DNA of 64,000 bases. It comes from a virus. Its lineage: Duplodnaviria; Caudoviricetes. Position 1 is the first letter of the stretch. Every line of letters starts with the position of its first letter. Of the stretch, positions 1 through 11,947 are shown one piece after another. The notes under the pieces are model-generated. The model did no database searches, had not been told where the DNA came from, and worked only from the letters and a program-made list of their open reading frames with translations. The stretch spans positions 102,779 to 166,778 of IMG/VR virus record IMGVR_UViG_3300013830_000002; one strand, 5' to 3'. Made by a program: the position numbers and the translations under genes.

Positions 1-1214
1 GACAAATCAGTAAGCTCCTCATAAGGAATTTCTGGTCGGTGGATATTGCCCATCATCAACATATTCTGACATGAAGCAGTAGTTTCTACTGCACTGGCCA
101 CATTATATTGAAGATTAATATCTGCAGCAGAAACATCTACAGTATTCTCAAAACCAGTAATTAGAATATTGCACTGATTTGCATTATTAACAGTAAAATT
201 CTTATCAATTTTGCAATACTGTGTAAATGCCTGAGTGTTCATCCTGCTTTGTCCTTGTGCAGTACTTCTTGAATAGTATACATGAACATAGTTATAGGAG
301 GCATCAATATTGGTCATAAAGAACCTTACCGCCTTGACACTGTTTTCATCCTGCATACCAGTGCTTATTGCGGAAGGAATATCATATCCCTTAAATACAC
401 TTACCAAACCAGATTCTGCCACAAAGTCTGTCTCATTTCCGTCAGCATCTGCAAACTTAAAATAAAAATGATAGTTTCCTATCTTTAAATTTCCTCCTGC
501 CTAAACTCCAGAGAACTCAAGTTTAGGAATCTTTGTAGTACGTTTATATAAAGAAGTGTCTATATCGAACTGCTCCCCTTGGTCATAAATATTAGTATCA
601 TTATCCCCTTTTCTGTCAACAATTTCATAAGTATCCTTTCCAGTAGTGCTAAACCTGGTATTAATAAGTCTTGGGATATTAATTCCATCATTCAAAATGA
701 GGTTCACTGACCCATCATAACTTGGCTGAGGGGTAATTTGTACAGGATGATTTACTGAAAAATTAAGTTCATCGGTAATAAAATCAACCAGCTCTCCTTT
801 TTCATGAAGAATTGGATTTGTAACATCTGAAGGAACTCCTGTAAATTCATATTTTCCTCCATTACTTAATGCTTCATTAAAACTGTTTTTGCTTACTTCA
901 TGATTTTGCTCAAAACAGTAGATAAGTTCATCTTCTATAGAAGAGACTGGTTCATAACCATTTATCTAAGTAGCTGAATAATATCTTGCTCCAGCACTGT
1001 TTTTTACAAATAAGGCTGTCGAAATGAGAATATGGAATTTCTTATATAGGTCATAGACATTATAATAAGAGCCTTGATATTCAAATTCAGGGGAAGACAA
1101 CCTATAATTTCTAAGTGGATTATACTCCCATGCCATCTTTCCTTTAGTAGGAAGAGTCTTCAACATAACCCCAAAATTAATGCTGTTTGAGAGTACAGGT
1201 TTCCATGCTGCCAT
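1..1214 (-). CDS. Tail stabilization/muzzle-type virion protein, 5' part (runs off window); TAG=Gln
   Basis: ORFs 966..1214 and 501..707 are in one frame joined across TAG; continues GGNLKIGNYHFYFKFADADGNETDFVAESGLVSVF; tail-module position. Confidence 0.6.
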
Positions 1215-4200
1215 TATTTACCTGGATTATATAAGTTAAAGAAAGATATGTTAGGAATATCCGTGAAATGTGGATTATCTCCTTCACCATCATAATCTAA
1301 ATTATAAGTTGAATTCCATGTACTGAATTTATTAAATCCACCAAATTCAACTTCTCCGTTTGTGTAGCTTATGACCTTGGCAAGAGTACCAAAACTGTCA
1401 GATTTCATTGCCTGAGTACCTTTTACCATGTAAATCCTATCACCCTTAGTAACGAATTTAGAGGGTAGCATAAGCTGTACGCCAGACCCAAATTCAGAAA
1501 CATCTGTTCCATTCCATGCATATAGTTTTCCTGATTGAATATTATTCTTGAAATTTTCAATGGAAGGATTATCACCTTCAGCATTCAAAACTCCTAATTC
1601 AATTTTATTTGCAGACTCTCCTTTCTAAGAATATTCATACTGAAGAGATTTAATATTGTAAGGAACAGCATATTGGAATTTGATTACCTTTTGTACACCT
1701 AAAAGATTAATCTTTATATTGTTATTATTTGAACCAGTAACTGCAAAATCATATTTATCAATTCCACAGTTATCTTTTATATGAGAAATGTATTTCTCTA
1801 TCGTCTGAGTGTGAATAGTAATAAGACGGTTTATATCTGAAATCTAATAACTTTCCTCTTTAGTTCTATTAATATCAGCATCTATAATAAGGTCCTTATT
1901 CCAATATTCATTATAGCTTTCACAAGTTACATAATTCTTGTAAAGACCTCTGTCTGTAGATGCACTGCTGTCAAGAACATAAAGCTGTGAGAATAGACTG
2001 CCAAACATATCAGCAAGAGTAGTAGTTACTGCACTTCCACCTGCTTTTTCCTGTGAATTATATTTTGATATAAAGTAATCTGAGATAGGTACAACCAAGC
2101 CTTGCTCTACATCCTGTATTGCAATACAGTTAATCATCCACACATTACTATCATTATTTTTCCACTCAGAAGGTACACCACTTGGACAATTGCCTCTTTC
2201 AGGATAAACTACGGAACCATCACCTGAATTTTTTCCAAAAGCCCTTTTGATAGCAGCAAAAGAAGCATTTGAAGTCACTTTTTTTATTTTACCATTAGAA
2301 GAAGTGCTTCTACCAGGTACAAATAATGAGGGTTTAGTAATATAGGCTTTCCAAATTTTCTGATAATTCTCATTATTCCATGAAATGCTTCGTCCATCCC
2401 CTCCTGAATGCCCATAATTGTTAGCTTCATTCTCAGCAGATGTCCAAGCTCCATTATTACTTTCCAGCTTTCCGCAGTAAGCACCATACCTTGTGTCATG
2501 GCCTTTTGACTCTCCCATATATTCAGTCGCAACCTGAGTAAAATAAAGATGATTTGCAATCCCTGAACTGGCATAGGCCAGACCGAGATTACTTAAGCTG
2601 TTAACATGTTTATCTGCACTCCAGTATTGTAGAATAGGCTTCAAAACTTTGGAATTTACGTCTTTTGTCATTTCAGCAGCAAAAATTTTGCTATACTGAA
2701 TTCCAGTAAGAACCAATTTAAAGCCTTTATCCATTGCCTCTGCTAAAGTCTTGGTAGCGCTAACAAAATGTTTTAGTTCCTGTTTATTACCATTTATATC
2801 AGTATAAGTAAAATCCTTAGAGCTTAGGGAACTCCCTACTACATTCAATGAGAATGAATCTATATAGTTTTCATAGGCTTTTTCCGAAGCATATAACTCT
2901 ACAGAAGTAGGATTGCCTGCAAGGGGAGCATCTATACTAGATGAATATGCTTTAAAAGAAGCATTGTCAGATATAAGAAGCTTAAGTAAAGATTCACTTA
3001 TTTTTCTATTGTTAGCACCATAACTATATTGGGCATATCCTGAGTAATCCCATCCATTAGCACTATGACTGTCCAAAGTTTCTGCAGTAATAGGCTGAAT
3101 ACAATCGTCATATTGTGTGGAAATCTCACCATCAGAGTGAATAAGACCTGGAGAGTCATTGTCTCTTGTAATTGATGATTTTCCCATTGTCAGAGTAACA
3201 TTTTCAAGTAAATTGAGTTTACCCTTATTAAGATTAAATGTATTATAGCCAGAAGATAGAGTAGGAGTAACCTGCATTAAAATATTTCCTGCATCCTCAG
3301 AGCCATCCTGATTAACAAAATAAACATTGGTTCCAAGAGACATATATTGTTTATCCTTTGCTTCTGTGTACTGCAGTTCATCAGAGTTGTAATACTGAAC
3401 AATTTTTGGAGTTAATGGTGTTGAAGTTCCTTTTGAGTTAAAGGTAACTCCAAAATCAAGTCCTAATTGAGGTCTTAATACTTTAAAGTCAGGGACACTA
3501 TAATAATTATCATTAAACAATCCATTTGTCCAATACCATCTGTAGAAAGTTTTATAGTCTTTTATGTCATCAGTATTGAACTCTCCTAAAATGTTTTTAG
3601 TACAATACTTGACTGTAATTCTCACAAAATATAATATATTTGGATATAGTGTACCTACATCATTTGTATATCTTGTTGCCCCCTGATTAGTATCTTCTTT
3701 ATATAGCTGAGGCTTATTATTGCTGTCAAGAATAATAGTGCCTTCATCATCTTCCAGACCAGCATGAATATAGTCAGACTTTCCATAGGCATCAACAGCA
3801 CTCATTTTATAGCTTGAATTTTGCTGTCCTAAGATAATCTATTCAGTAAAGGTACCAGCATAAGAAGATTTCCCCGTTACATGCCAACTTGCTGCAAATC
3901 CTTGATTATCGAAAAAATCAAATACTACTTCAGCAATTCCCTTGTTAGGTTCAGAATAAGCATTAAGACCCCAAGTTAAAGTTGATACGTTTCCTGAATT
4001 ATAATATCTCCATTGGGTCAAATCAATATCTCCAGTACCAATTTTACTGAAATCAATACTTCCAGAAACTGCCAGATAATCAAGTACCCCATAAGGCATG
4101 GCAGGAGCTATTTTATAGTCCCAAATCATTTTTGACAAATCATTGGCCACAGATACTTTATTTACAGTAGTTGACTTGGATATATTTACTGTTCCAATTT

Positions 4201-5620
4201 TCTTTGGTATGTCCTTATGGAAATAATTATTTACTATATCATCATTAATATCAACAGATTTAATCTCCACCATTTCACCAGTACTTGCTTTCGTTTTATA
4301 AGCAAGCTCTCCAGTATCAGATTTTTCAACCTCATCAAGGTTAAACAGGTAGCTAGCCTGCTGACTGTTGTTTATAACAGGAGTCTATTTAAAGTTACCA
4401 GAATCCGCAAGTTTTAAAGTTATTCTCGTAATAGGTCGTAAATTAGAGACATCACTTACACCTGCTTTTGTCCAGTTTATAATTTGGGTCTCAAGATTCT
4501 CAATTCTGCAACCAGTGCCTGTACCATTAAAATTCTCATAACTTCCAGGCTCCTCAATTTTATAGGACCTTGAATAAAGTAGGACTTTATCAGCAGCATA
4601 TTTGCCGTCTGAGTACCCAGATTCATAAGGCAATGCAGTTTTTATCTTATCATAATTATACTTGTAACTCTGTTTTTGCTCATCCCACTCTGGAATACCA
4701 ATAGTGCCTTCCCAAGATGATTCAGTAAAAATAAATCCCATTGGATTTACATTAAGATTATCAGTATCCCAAGATGTGTAAAAATAAACCAAATACTATG
4801 TATCACCACCTTCAGAAGGAGTAAAAGTATAAACATCATACGTGCAGCTAAAACCATTGATAGTTTCAAGTTCAGCAAGAATAGCCAGCTTTCCAGAAAC
4901 TTTTGACTAAAAAACTGAATAAGCAGAAGATAGCATTTTTCTGTAAGAATCAATATCAGGTTTTTCAGTTACAGTTTTTGCTAAATTAGCAATGTAGTAA
5001 TTAGGAGTATTATACCATTTTACAGTAGAATCCAAATCGACTATTTTACCTGAATCCTCAATAGACACTATTTTCAGTTTAAGCATTTTTGGCCACTCAT
5101 TATGAGTATGCTTTTTATTGCCATAGTCTGACAGCTAATTTGCATTACCATCTATGCTTTGGTCCGAATATACAATATATTTATCCCCAGGATTCAGATT
5201 TTTATCACCAAACAGTATTTTTTTAATTGATACTGCTGAAACTACACCAGTTTCAGGATTGGCAAACATGTCTGCTGCTAATCCATTTTCGAGTGATGAG
5301 GTTTCCTCACTTGAAATATTCCTTTCTGGAGAAGGAAAACATCCTATTTGAGATTTGTTTTCCAAAGGATTATAGCTGACTATGTAAATAATGTCACCAT
5401 ACTCACATGAACCAACAGGTATATATCCCTCAGGAAGCATTGCAGCTTCAACACGACCATTACCCATATCCTGCTGAAGCTACATTTCATTACCATTGAA
5501 AGTAAGCAAAGTTGCATTCAATGCATCAGTGAGACAGTCGTTTTTTGCTACCATAGGATTAAAGTCCATTATTAATCCTTTAGTAAAAGTATTAGTTGCT
5601 GCCTAACGAGTTTGTGCCAT
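1214..5620 (-). CDS. Large tail protein (~1468 aa), tail stabilization-like N-terminus; TAG=Gln
   Basis: Five track ORFs (5135..5467, 4385..4792, 3839..4273, 1844..3805, 1214..1588) share one frame separated by TAG; N-term NTFTKGLIMDFNP..NGNE..DMGNGRVE. Confidence 0.7.
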
Positions 5621-5638
5621 CTTAATATCAGTTAATTA

Positions 5639-6757
5639 TTAATTATTCATCTTATTCTTGTAGTAAGTTTTCATTCTGGACTTAGCTACAGAAGCTTTTC
5701 TATTATCTTTATATAACTTTCTGACATATTCAGAGCTTCTTAATAAAGTTTGAAAATGCCTGTTATTGTATTGTAAACTATTCAAGCTTGCCTATAAAGT
5801 AATATCCACACACTCTGCTGAATTAGAGATTAACACCTGATAATTAAAAAATCTTGTAGTTTCATCTCCAGCTTTTACTTTTAAAATAGCAGAGTTTGAA
5901 ATATTATTAAGATAGGCTTCATCATAGCATTTGAATAATTGTACTTTTCCAAAATCAATAGTTTTATGTGTTTCTATATCAGTTTTCAGAAGTTTATACT
6001 TATTAATAGGGATTCCAAAATAACAATAGCCGTCCCAAACATATCTAAGCCTTCTGTACATTACATGTATCTTAGTCGTGAGTTTTTTCTTAACATAAGG
6101 AATCATAGCTGTAGGATTTCTGAAGATTATTCCAGTTTGAAATATAAATTGCCTACTTTTGATAAGTACATCACCCTCATAACTAATAATACGGCTTATT
6201 GCCCCAAAACCAAACCTCATAATATAAAAAAGTTCACTTCTTTTAATTAGGGGGTATTTTTCACTAACTATATCTACAAAATCCCTTGTAGATTTTACTT
6301 TGCCGGCTTTTATTTTTCCTAATTTTGTAAGCTCAGCTATTCTTTGAGTCCTATATTTATCAAGATGTATTTCTGTATAAAAAGGTATTGATACTCCAAC
6401 AGTATGCCTGAATATTAACTAATAAGCACTGAAATCAGTTTCAAAAGGGTCAAAATCCTTAAATGCCCCATGTTTTCTAGCTTCTATATACTTATTGCCA
6501 GTAACTCTATCCAAGCACATATCAGAATAATATCTGGCCTTGGAGTCAAAACGAAACTATGTTCCATTTTCAATAATATCATCTACTACAGTCTATACAG
6601 CATATCGAAACACTTTTATAATGAAATCAAACTTCTTTCCATGTGAGTCCATCAGTGTTATATCTTTTACTGATAAGTGTACCTTATCAATAGGAAAAGT
6701 TACGAATAAATCCTGAAGTTTAAATGTATGGAAAGAATAAGCATTGTGCATTGCCAT
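5639..6757 (-). CDS. Basic protein (~372 aa) at the syntenic position of crAss IHF/HU-like genes; TAG=Gln
   Basis: ATG 6757 in frame with ORF 5792..6220, reads to TAA 5639; function from synteny only. Confidence 0.45.
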
Positions 6758-6820
6758 AAAACAAAAAAAGAGAGTTCTTATAACAGGAATAAATCTGAAA
6801 TAAAAACTCTCCTATATTAA

Positions 6821-7525
6821 TTATAATGTAGGTTTGTAACTGAAGTGATACTTCTTTCTGTTCCATGAAGTTTTAGCGTCAAGAATTTTATCCATATCAT
6901 TCTGACTTATATATTCAGGAACTCTGGCAGCATCACAATGAAACAGCCACTTTTTCTCTATCTACTAAGCAAGTGAGAAAAGAAACTAGTCCCTATCTCT
7001 TTTAGCTTGCTTAAATGTCTGACTATATGCCAGATAGTCTGCTATTGCAGTAGCTTCCTTGTTAGTCAAATAAGGAAGCCCATTATCATCAAGTAGTTCA
7101 CCATGATATAAGACTGTAACCATACCTGAAGCTTTGTCAACATGAAGTTTATCTCCTTCACGTCTATATTTTACAAAAGAACCACTCTGATAAAGAGGGT
7201 CAGTAAAATGTTTATTAGCTTCAATATAACCTTCAACGTACCTTGATTGCTGGTTTCCATATTCGTGGTCATCGCTGGAGTTTTCCCAGTCTTCCCTGCA
7301 ATTATAGGTAACTGCTTCTATGTAAAGCACATTGCATGGAAGGTCGATAGTCTGTGTTTGGCAATCAATAGGCTCAGTTACTTTATAAAGTCTGGTTCTA
7401 TGATTTCCAATCAGTCTGTAAGCCTCAAGACCAAGTTCTTCGGCATCCTCAACATCCTTGAAATCAACATCCCATTTTTGCTGGGCAAGTGATATAGCAT
7501 AGTGAAAATCATTTAATCCTTCCAT
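6821..7525 (-). CDS. Tail tubular/ring protein (234 aa); TAG=Gln
   Basis: ORF 6986..7525 extended through TAGs to TAA 6821; ..LDDNGLPYL..AIADY.. motif; synteny. Confidence 0.6.
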
Positions 7526-8226
7526 TAGTTACCAGTTAAATATTGTTGATTATTAGGTAATGCAGGGGGTGCAAGCTGCCTGTAATACTTTATTTTATCT
7601 TGTGTAAGTTTGTCCTTAATAAGCTGGCTTATATATGAGAAGTTATTATCAGGTCCAGTTGTCTGGTATTCAGGAGTTATGCAGCATTGATACTTTTCTA
7701 TCTGTCTTGGGTCCTTAAACACTCCTACTACAGATACTTGTTTTATAAATGGAGCATTAAAGATAAAACAGTCAAGCATTCCATTTTGATTAGGTGCATA
7801 ATCTATCCATACATAAGGTTTATTCTTTCCACGTTTTCTATAACGTTTCATTCTAAGCTAAGATAGTGACCTTATTATGGTAAAATCCTGCATTCTGTCA
7901 ACAGAGCCAATATAGTCAATAGCTTCTGGACCAATGTCATTCATTAACTAAGGAATTTGAAAGTGAGCAGTTGGAGTGCCACAGACATCATTGCTGCATC
8001 TACACCTCTCAAGGTTTTCACAATCTACATTCACACAATTAATAGCTACAAGTAAATCCTTTATAGGAATAGCTCCTTTACCAATTAAATTCTTGATAAT
8101 CAGAAGCCTTGTTTGTACTACTTCGTCTTCAAGTTGTGGAATATTCATTCCTAAATTATGATGATAGCCCTTTAAGCCAGAAAGGACATCGTTTTTTATC
8201 TAACTTGCAATTTTTTCAATATACAT
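7525..8226 (-). CDS. crAss-like ring/neck protein (233 aa); TAG=Gln
   Basis: ATG 8226 joins ORFs 7948..8148 and 7525..7851 in frame; ..VSVVGVFKDP.. motif. Confidence 0.6.
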
Positions 8227-8237
8227 AGCAGAGAGTT

Positions 8238-8693
8238 TTATTTAGTTTCTGAATTATCTGCCTCTGCAAAAGTATTTTTAAGATGCTAATCTATTTTATC
8301 GGGGTCAAGTTTTCTTCTTGGGCACAGTGTATCATAGCATCTTATGCCTTTAAGATAGGCTACTTTTGATTTAAGTATAGCAAGTTCCTCTCTTTTCTTA
8401 CTTACTTTGTCTTCAAAATACTCCTCTTTTTCACGGGCATTTTCCCTGAACTTTCTATAATCATCAGAGAGAGTAGTATAGTCTAAAAGACATTTGTTTA
8501 ACTATTGATACATCGTATCAAAAGCATCCTGCTTATTATCCTGTTTTTTGCGATTAACATCTTCTTCTGCTGATGCAGTCTCAACTACAAGTTTTTGTTT
8601 ACTTATCCTGGCAGTATATAGCTACATTAATCCTGCTCCTAAACCTCCTCCAATAAGTAAGCCAATTATTTGAACAATTAAGTTTGCATCCAT
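8238..8693 (-). CDS. Membrane-anchored coiled-coil protein (151 aa), possibly holin/antiholin-like; absent from ORF track
   Basis: MDANLIVQIIGLLIGGGLGAGLM TM segment, coiled coil, C-terminal RCYDTLCPRR; open only with TAG=Gln. Confidence 0.55.
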
Positions 8694-8725
8694 TATTGTT
8701 AGATTTATAATTAGAAGTTAAACTA

Positions 8726-8756
8726 AAAAGGGAGGGAGCTTATTTGTTCCCTCCCT
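8726..8756 (-). terminator. Intrinsic terminator
   Basis: GGGAGGGAAC-loop-GCTCCCTCCC followed by TTTT on the minus strand after 8788..9798. Confidence 0.7.
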
Positions 8757-8787
8757 AGTATTTTAATTACCTGTCTAGCAAAATGAA

Positions 8788-9798
8788 TCAATGATTCTGG
8801 TCTTCACCACCTGTAGAATCTTTACCACCAGTAGAAGATGTTGCTGCATCAGAGTCTTTTACTTCCTCAAATACAGCAGTTCTGTCATTAGCAACAGGAG
8901 CAGAGCCAACTACTTCTGTGATTACAGTTTCAAAGGCTTTGCTGAAATCCTGACGTACCCAGAAACTGTGAACAGTTTCTGAATCTGTTTTATGGCCTAC
9001 AGCTACAAGTGATGGGTTAGTGCCACTTGGAGCTTTGTAATAGATAAGATACTGGTCATAAAGAGCACCAGGAACTGGGCGTTCCTCAAGTCTGAGTGCA
9101 GTCCAACTTGTATTAACGGCAGTCGGAAGTCTGAGGTCTTTAACAATGTGACTGAATGTACCAAAGCCGTTCTTACCTCTGTGGACAACAGTAATAACTT
9201 TCTGAGTATTGTCAGTTTCACCATCAAAAAGATGAGCAAGCTCTGTTTCTTCCTCACCATTATCAAGCAAGATAACAATGCCCTTGAAACGAGAATACTC
9301 TTCAGTTGCCTTAAGAGTTACAACTGCTTCCTTAGTATCAGCAGTAAATACATTTCTGCCAATGTTTCCGATAGCAAATCTGTTAATGCTCTTTTTAATC
9401 TGAGCAGCAACTTCAGAAGCAGTTACCTGAGCATTGTCAAGCTTAAATCCTACAGAGAAAGGATGGCCTTTCTGCATAAAATCATTGGCAAAGATAGACT
9501 CCTCACTTCCTTCAAGTGCTACATACAAAGAGATTCTACCAATTACAGGATAGATTGCTGTAGCAGGAATAGCTGAAAGCAGAGCTGTACAATCAATTGT
9601 AATCTCACCTTTTACAGGCTCATTGGCTACTTTCTTAAATACTTTTACAATATGCTTTTTCTCAAAAGTAAAATCTCTCTTAATTTTAAGAATAGCATCA
9701 TGTTTTCCCTTCTCTTCAGCAATACTTGAGAAAAGGGCCTTTCCTGACTGAATATCTTTGTCAGAATTGATAATGGTTGTAGTTACGAAATTAAACAT
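8788..9798 (-). CDS. Auxiliary capsid/major structural protein (336 aa)
   Basis: Intact TAG-free ORF downstream of the capsid cluster; synteny. Confidence 0.55.
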   Translation of the reverse strand: MFNFVTTTIINSDKDIQSGKALFSSIAEEKGKHDAILKIKRDFTFEKKHIVKVFKKVANEPVKGEITIDCTALLSAIPATAIYPVIGRISLYVALEGSEESIFANDFMQKGHPFSVGFKLDNAQVTASEVAAQIKKSINRFAIGNIGRNVFTADTKEAVVTLKATEEYSRFKGIVILLDNGEEETELAHLFDGETDNTQKVITVVHRGKNGFGTFSHIVKDLRLPTAVNTSWTALRLEERPVPGALYDQYLIYYKAPSGTNPSLVAVGHKTDSETVHSFWVRQDFSKAFETVITEVVGSAPVANDRTAVFEEVKDSDAATSSTGGKDSTGGEDQNH

Positions 9799-9822
9799 AA
9801 TTTATTAGTTTAAATTACAGGC

Positions 9823-10950
9823 TTATCGGGCTGCCTGTGTTCCCTGTCCTGCAGCCTGCTGAGGTCTTGCAATAGACTGATTTATCTGAATATTATTAGC
9901 TAAGCGTGGGTCAGCAGTCCTTTCCATAATAAGCTTAACTAAATTATTTGTAATTTCCTGACATATATAGTCAGGCCATTCAAGCATTTGAGAAACATCT
10001 TGAGTAAGGTCAAGCTGCTCTTGTGTAAGTCTAATATGCTGTGGTACTTTAATATAGTCAACTCTTACCTGACGTAATTTGAATAAAGTGTCATCCCTAC
10101 CATATCTGATTTCCATTCTTACATTTGACGGATTACCAATACGTGATGCTGCTGTAGGCTCTACAAGAGACATTTTATAACCATTCTTAAAGGTAAATGT
10201 TCTCTTAAAATTACCTCCTTTGGTATTTCCTTTTGCAAGAACGTCACTGTCATACTTAGTAACACCATACTCACCATCAATATCGGAACCAGAGATTTGT
10301 GCTCTGCCTTGACCTGCAGCCTCATTCTCATAAGTGATAGGAGTTACAGGGTCAGTAGGAAGAACATCTGTGAGTGTTCTATTTTGATTGTAAATCTGGA
10401 AATAAGGCTTCTCAGGAGAAGGACGATTGTAAATATCATCCATAATCAAGGGCCAGGAATCAGCAGTAAGACGAGTAGCAGGTTTTGCAATAAATGTTCC
10501 TGCATCATAACAATCATAAGGCTTTGTTACTTCAAAGATACAAACACAATTAAGAACATGAAGATAATCCATTGGAAGCCAACATTCATAGGCAGCACCA
10601 TCAATGCTTGAAAGTTGATTATGTGCTGCAGTAAGGTAGTTTACATCATTAGCATTTCCGTCTTCATCCTTAGTCATTTGACTTGCAAGTGTTGCTTTTT
10701 CATCATCAGTAATCAGGCCTAATGAAGAATTCTTCACCTTTTTAGGTGTCAGTGTTACTGAGCCCTGAAGGACTCTTAGGTCATCGGTAGTCTGCTGATT
10801 TACGTCATAAATATTGTAGACCTGATTTACATATTGGTCTACTGCTTTATTAAAGTAGTAATTAAACTCATAAAGCTTGAGGGCTGGTGCATTAACTTTA
10901 CTTAACTCAATTAAAGTATTTTTGAATATCTATTTCGCCGTCATTGCCAT
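9823..10950 (-). CDS. crAss gene74-like head-tail/ring protein (~375 aa); TAG=Gln
   Basis: N-terminal extension MAMTAKQIF..FNYYFNKAVDQYVN..NQQTTDDLRVL in frame with ORF 9823..10737. Confidence 0.65.
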
Positions 10951-10994
10951 GTGTGTGTATTTTTTGAGTTAATTAAAGATGAGTTTATCTATTA

Positions 10995-11864
10995 TTACTC
11001 ATCACCTACATACATTTCAGGATACGTATCCTGTCTGATAAGCTGTAATGTCTTCTGGTTACGAGAACTTTTCATCCAGTCAATAACAGCTTCATCTGAA
11101 GCACCTAAAGTTACATTACCATCTTCACCATAAATGTAAAGACCATTCTCTTTTCTGATAATTCTCTTTTCCTTTGCTGTAATAAGCAGTAATCTGAGAG
11201 ATAAATCTCCTCCTGTGTAAAGCTCGATGATTTTGTTCGGGTCTTTTTCTGCAAAAGATAGCAAATAGTCCTCGACATCTGCAGCAGGCTGATTGGTCAT
11301 ATTTCTGCCAAGAACCTTTGCAATTAGAAGCTGACCATCATATCCACGTTCATCATTGATAATAAAGCTTTGAGCTCTGTTAACAAGTTTCTTACGAGTA
11401 ACTCGTTTAGCAGCAAATACTCCTGGCTTATCTACATAAAGTTCAGCAATTCCATATCTTGGATGCTTGGATTGTGGGTCAGTTGTGCCATCAATAAGAT
11501 AGTCTCCGTTTTGTCCTTTAGCATCTCTGCTTGGAGCAATCAATGGGCAATGCTTTATTGCCTCCCACTCTGCCCTTTCAGCGGGCTTTTTTAAATCAAA
11601 AGTGGTGCCATCCCTGACAACAAATACGTGGTCTTCAGGAATAAAGACTGTATTTGGGTCATTCATAGCAATTCTGTCATCTGCAGAAAGAATCATGTCA
11701 CCGTGGGAATCCACCCTTCGTACACAAGAAGGCAACATGCCTGTATTCGGGTCACGTTGTGGCTGCATAAGATAGTTTTGGCCAACTTTGCCAAACACAC
11801 TTCTTAGCACAATAATGTCAGCTTTAACGTCTCCGTTTTGAAAGTCATTGACTTTTTTAACCAT
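10995..11864 (-). CDS. crAss gene75-like conserved protein (289 aa)
   Basis: Intact ORF immediately downstream of MCP; synteny. Confidence 0.6.
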   Translation of the reverse strand: MVKKVNDFQNGDVKADIIVLRSVFGKVGQNYLMQPQRDPNTGMLPSCVRRVDSHGDMILSADDRIAMNDPNTVFIPEDHVFVVRDGTTFDLKKPAERAEWEAIKHCPLIAPSRDAKGQNGDYLIDGTTDPQSKHPRYGIAELYVDKPGVFAAKRVTRKKLVNRAQSFIINDERGYDGQLLIAKVLGRNMTNQPAADVEDYLLSFAEKDPNKIIELYTGGDLSLRLLLITAKEKRIIRKENGLYIYGEDGNVTLGASDEAVIDWMKSSRNQKTLQLIRQDTYPEMYVGDE

Positions 11865-11947
11865 AGAACATTAGTATATTAACAAAAATATAGCAAGGGT
11901 ATATTTCAACCCTTGCCTATATCTAAAAAATAAAGTTTATCTTAAAA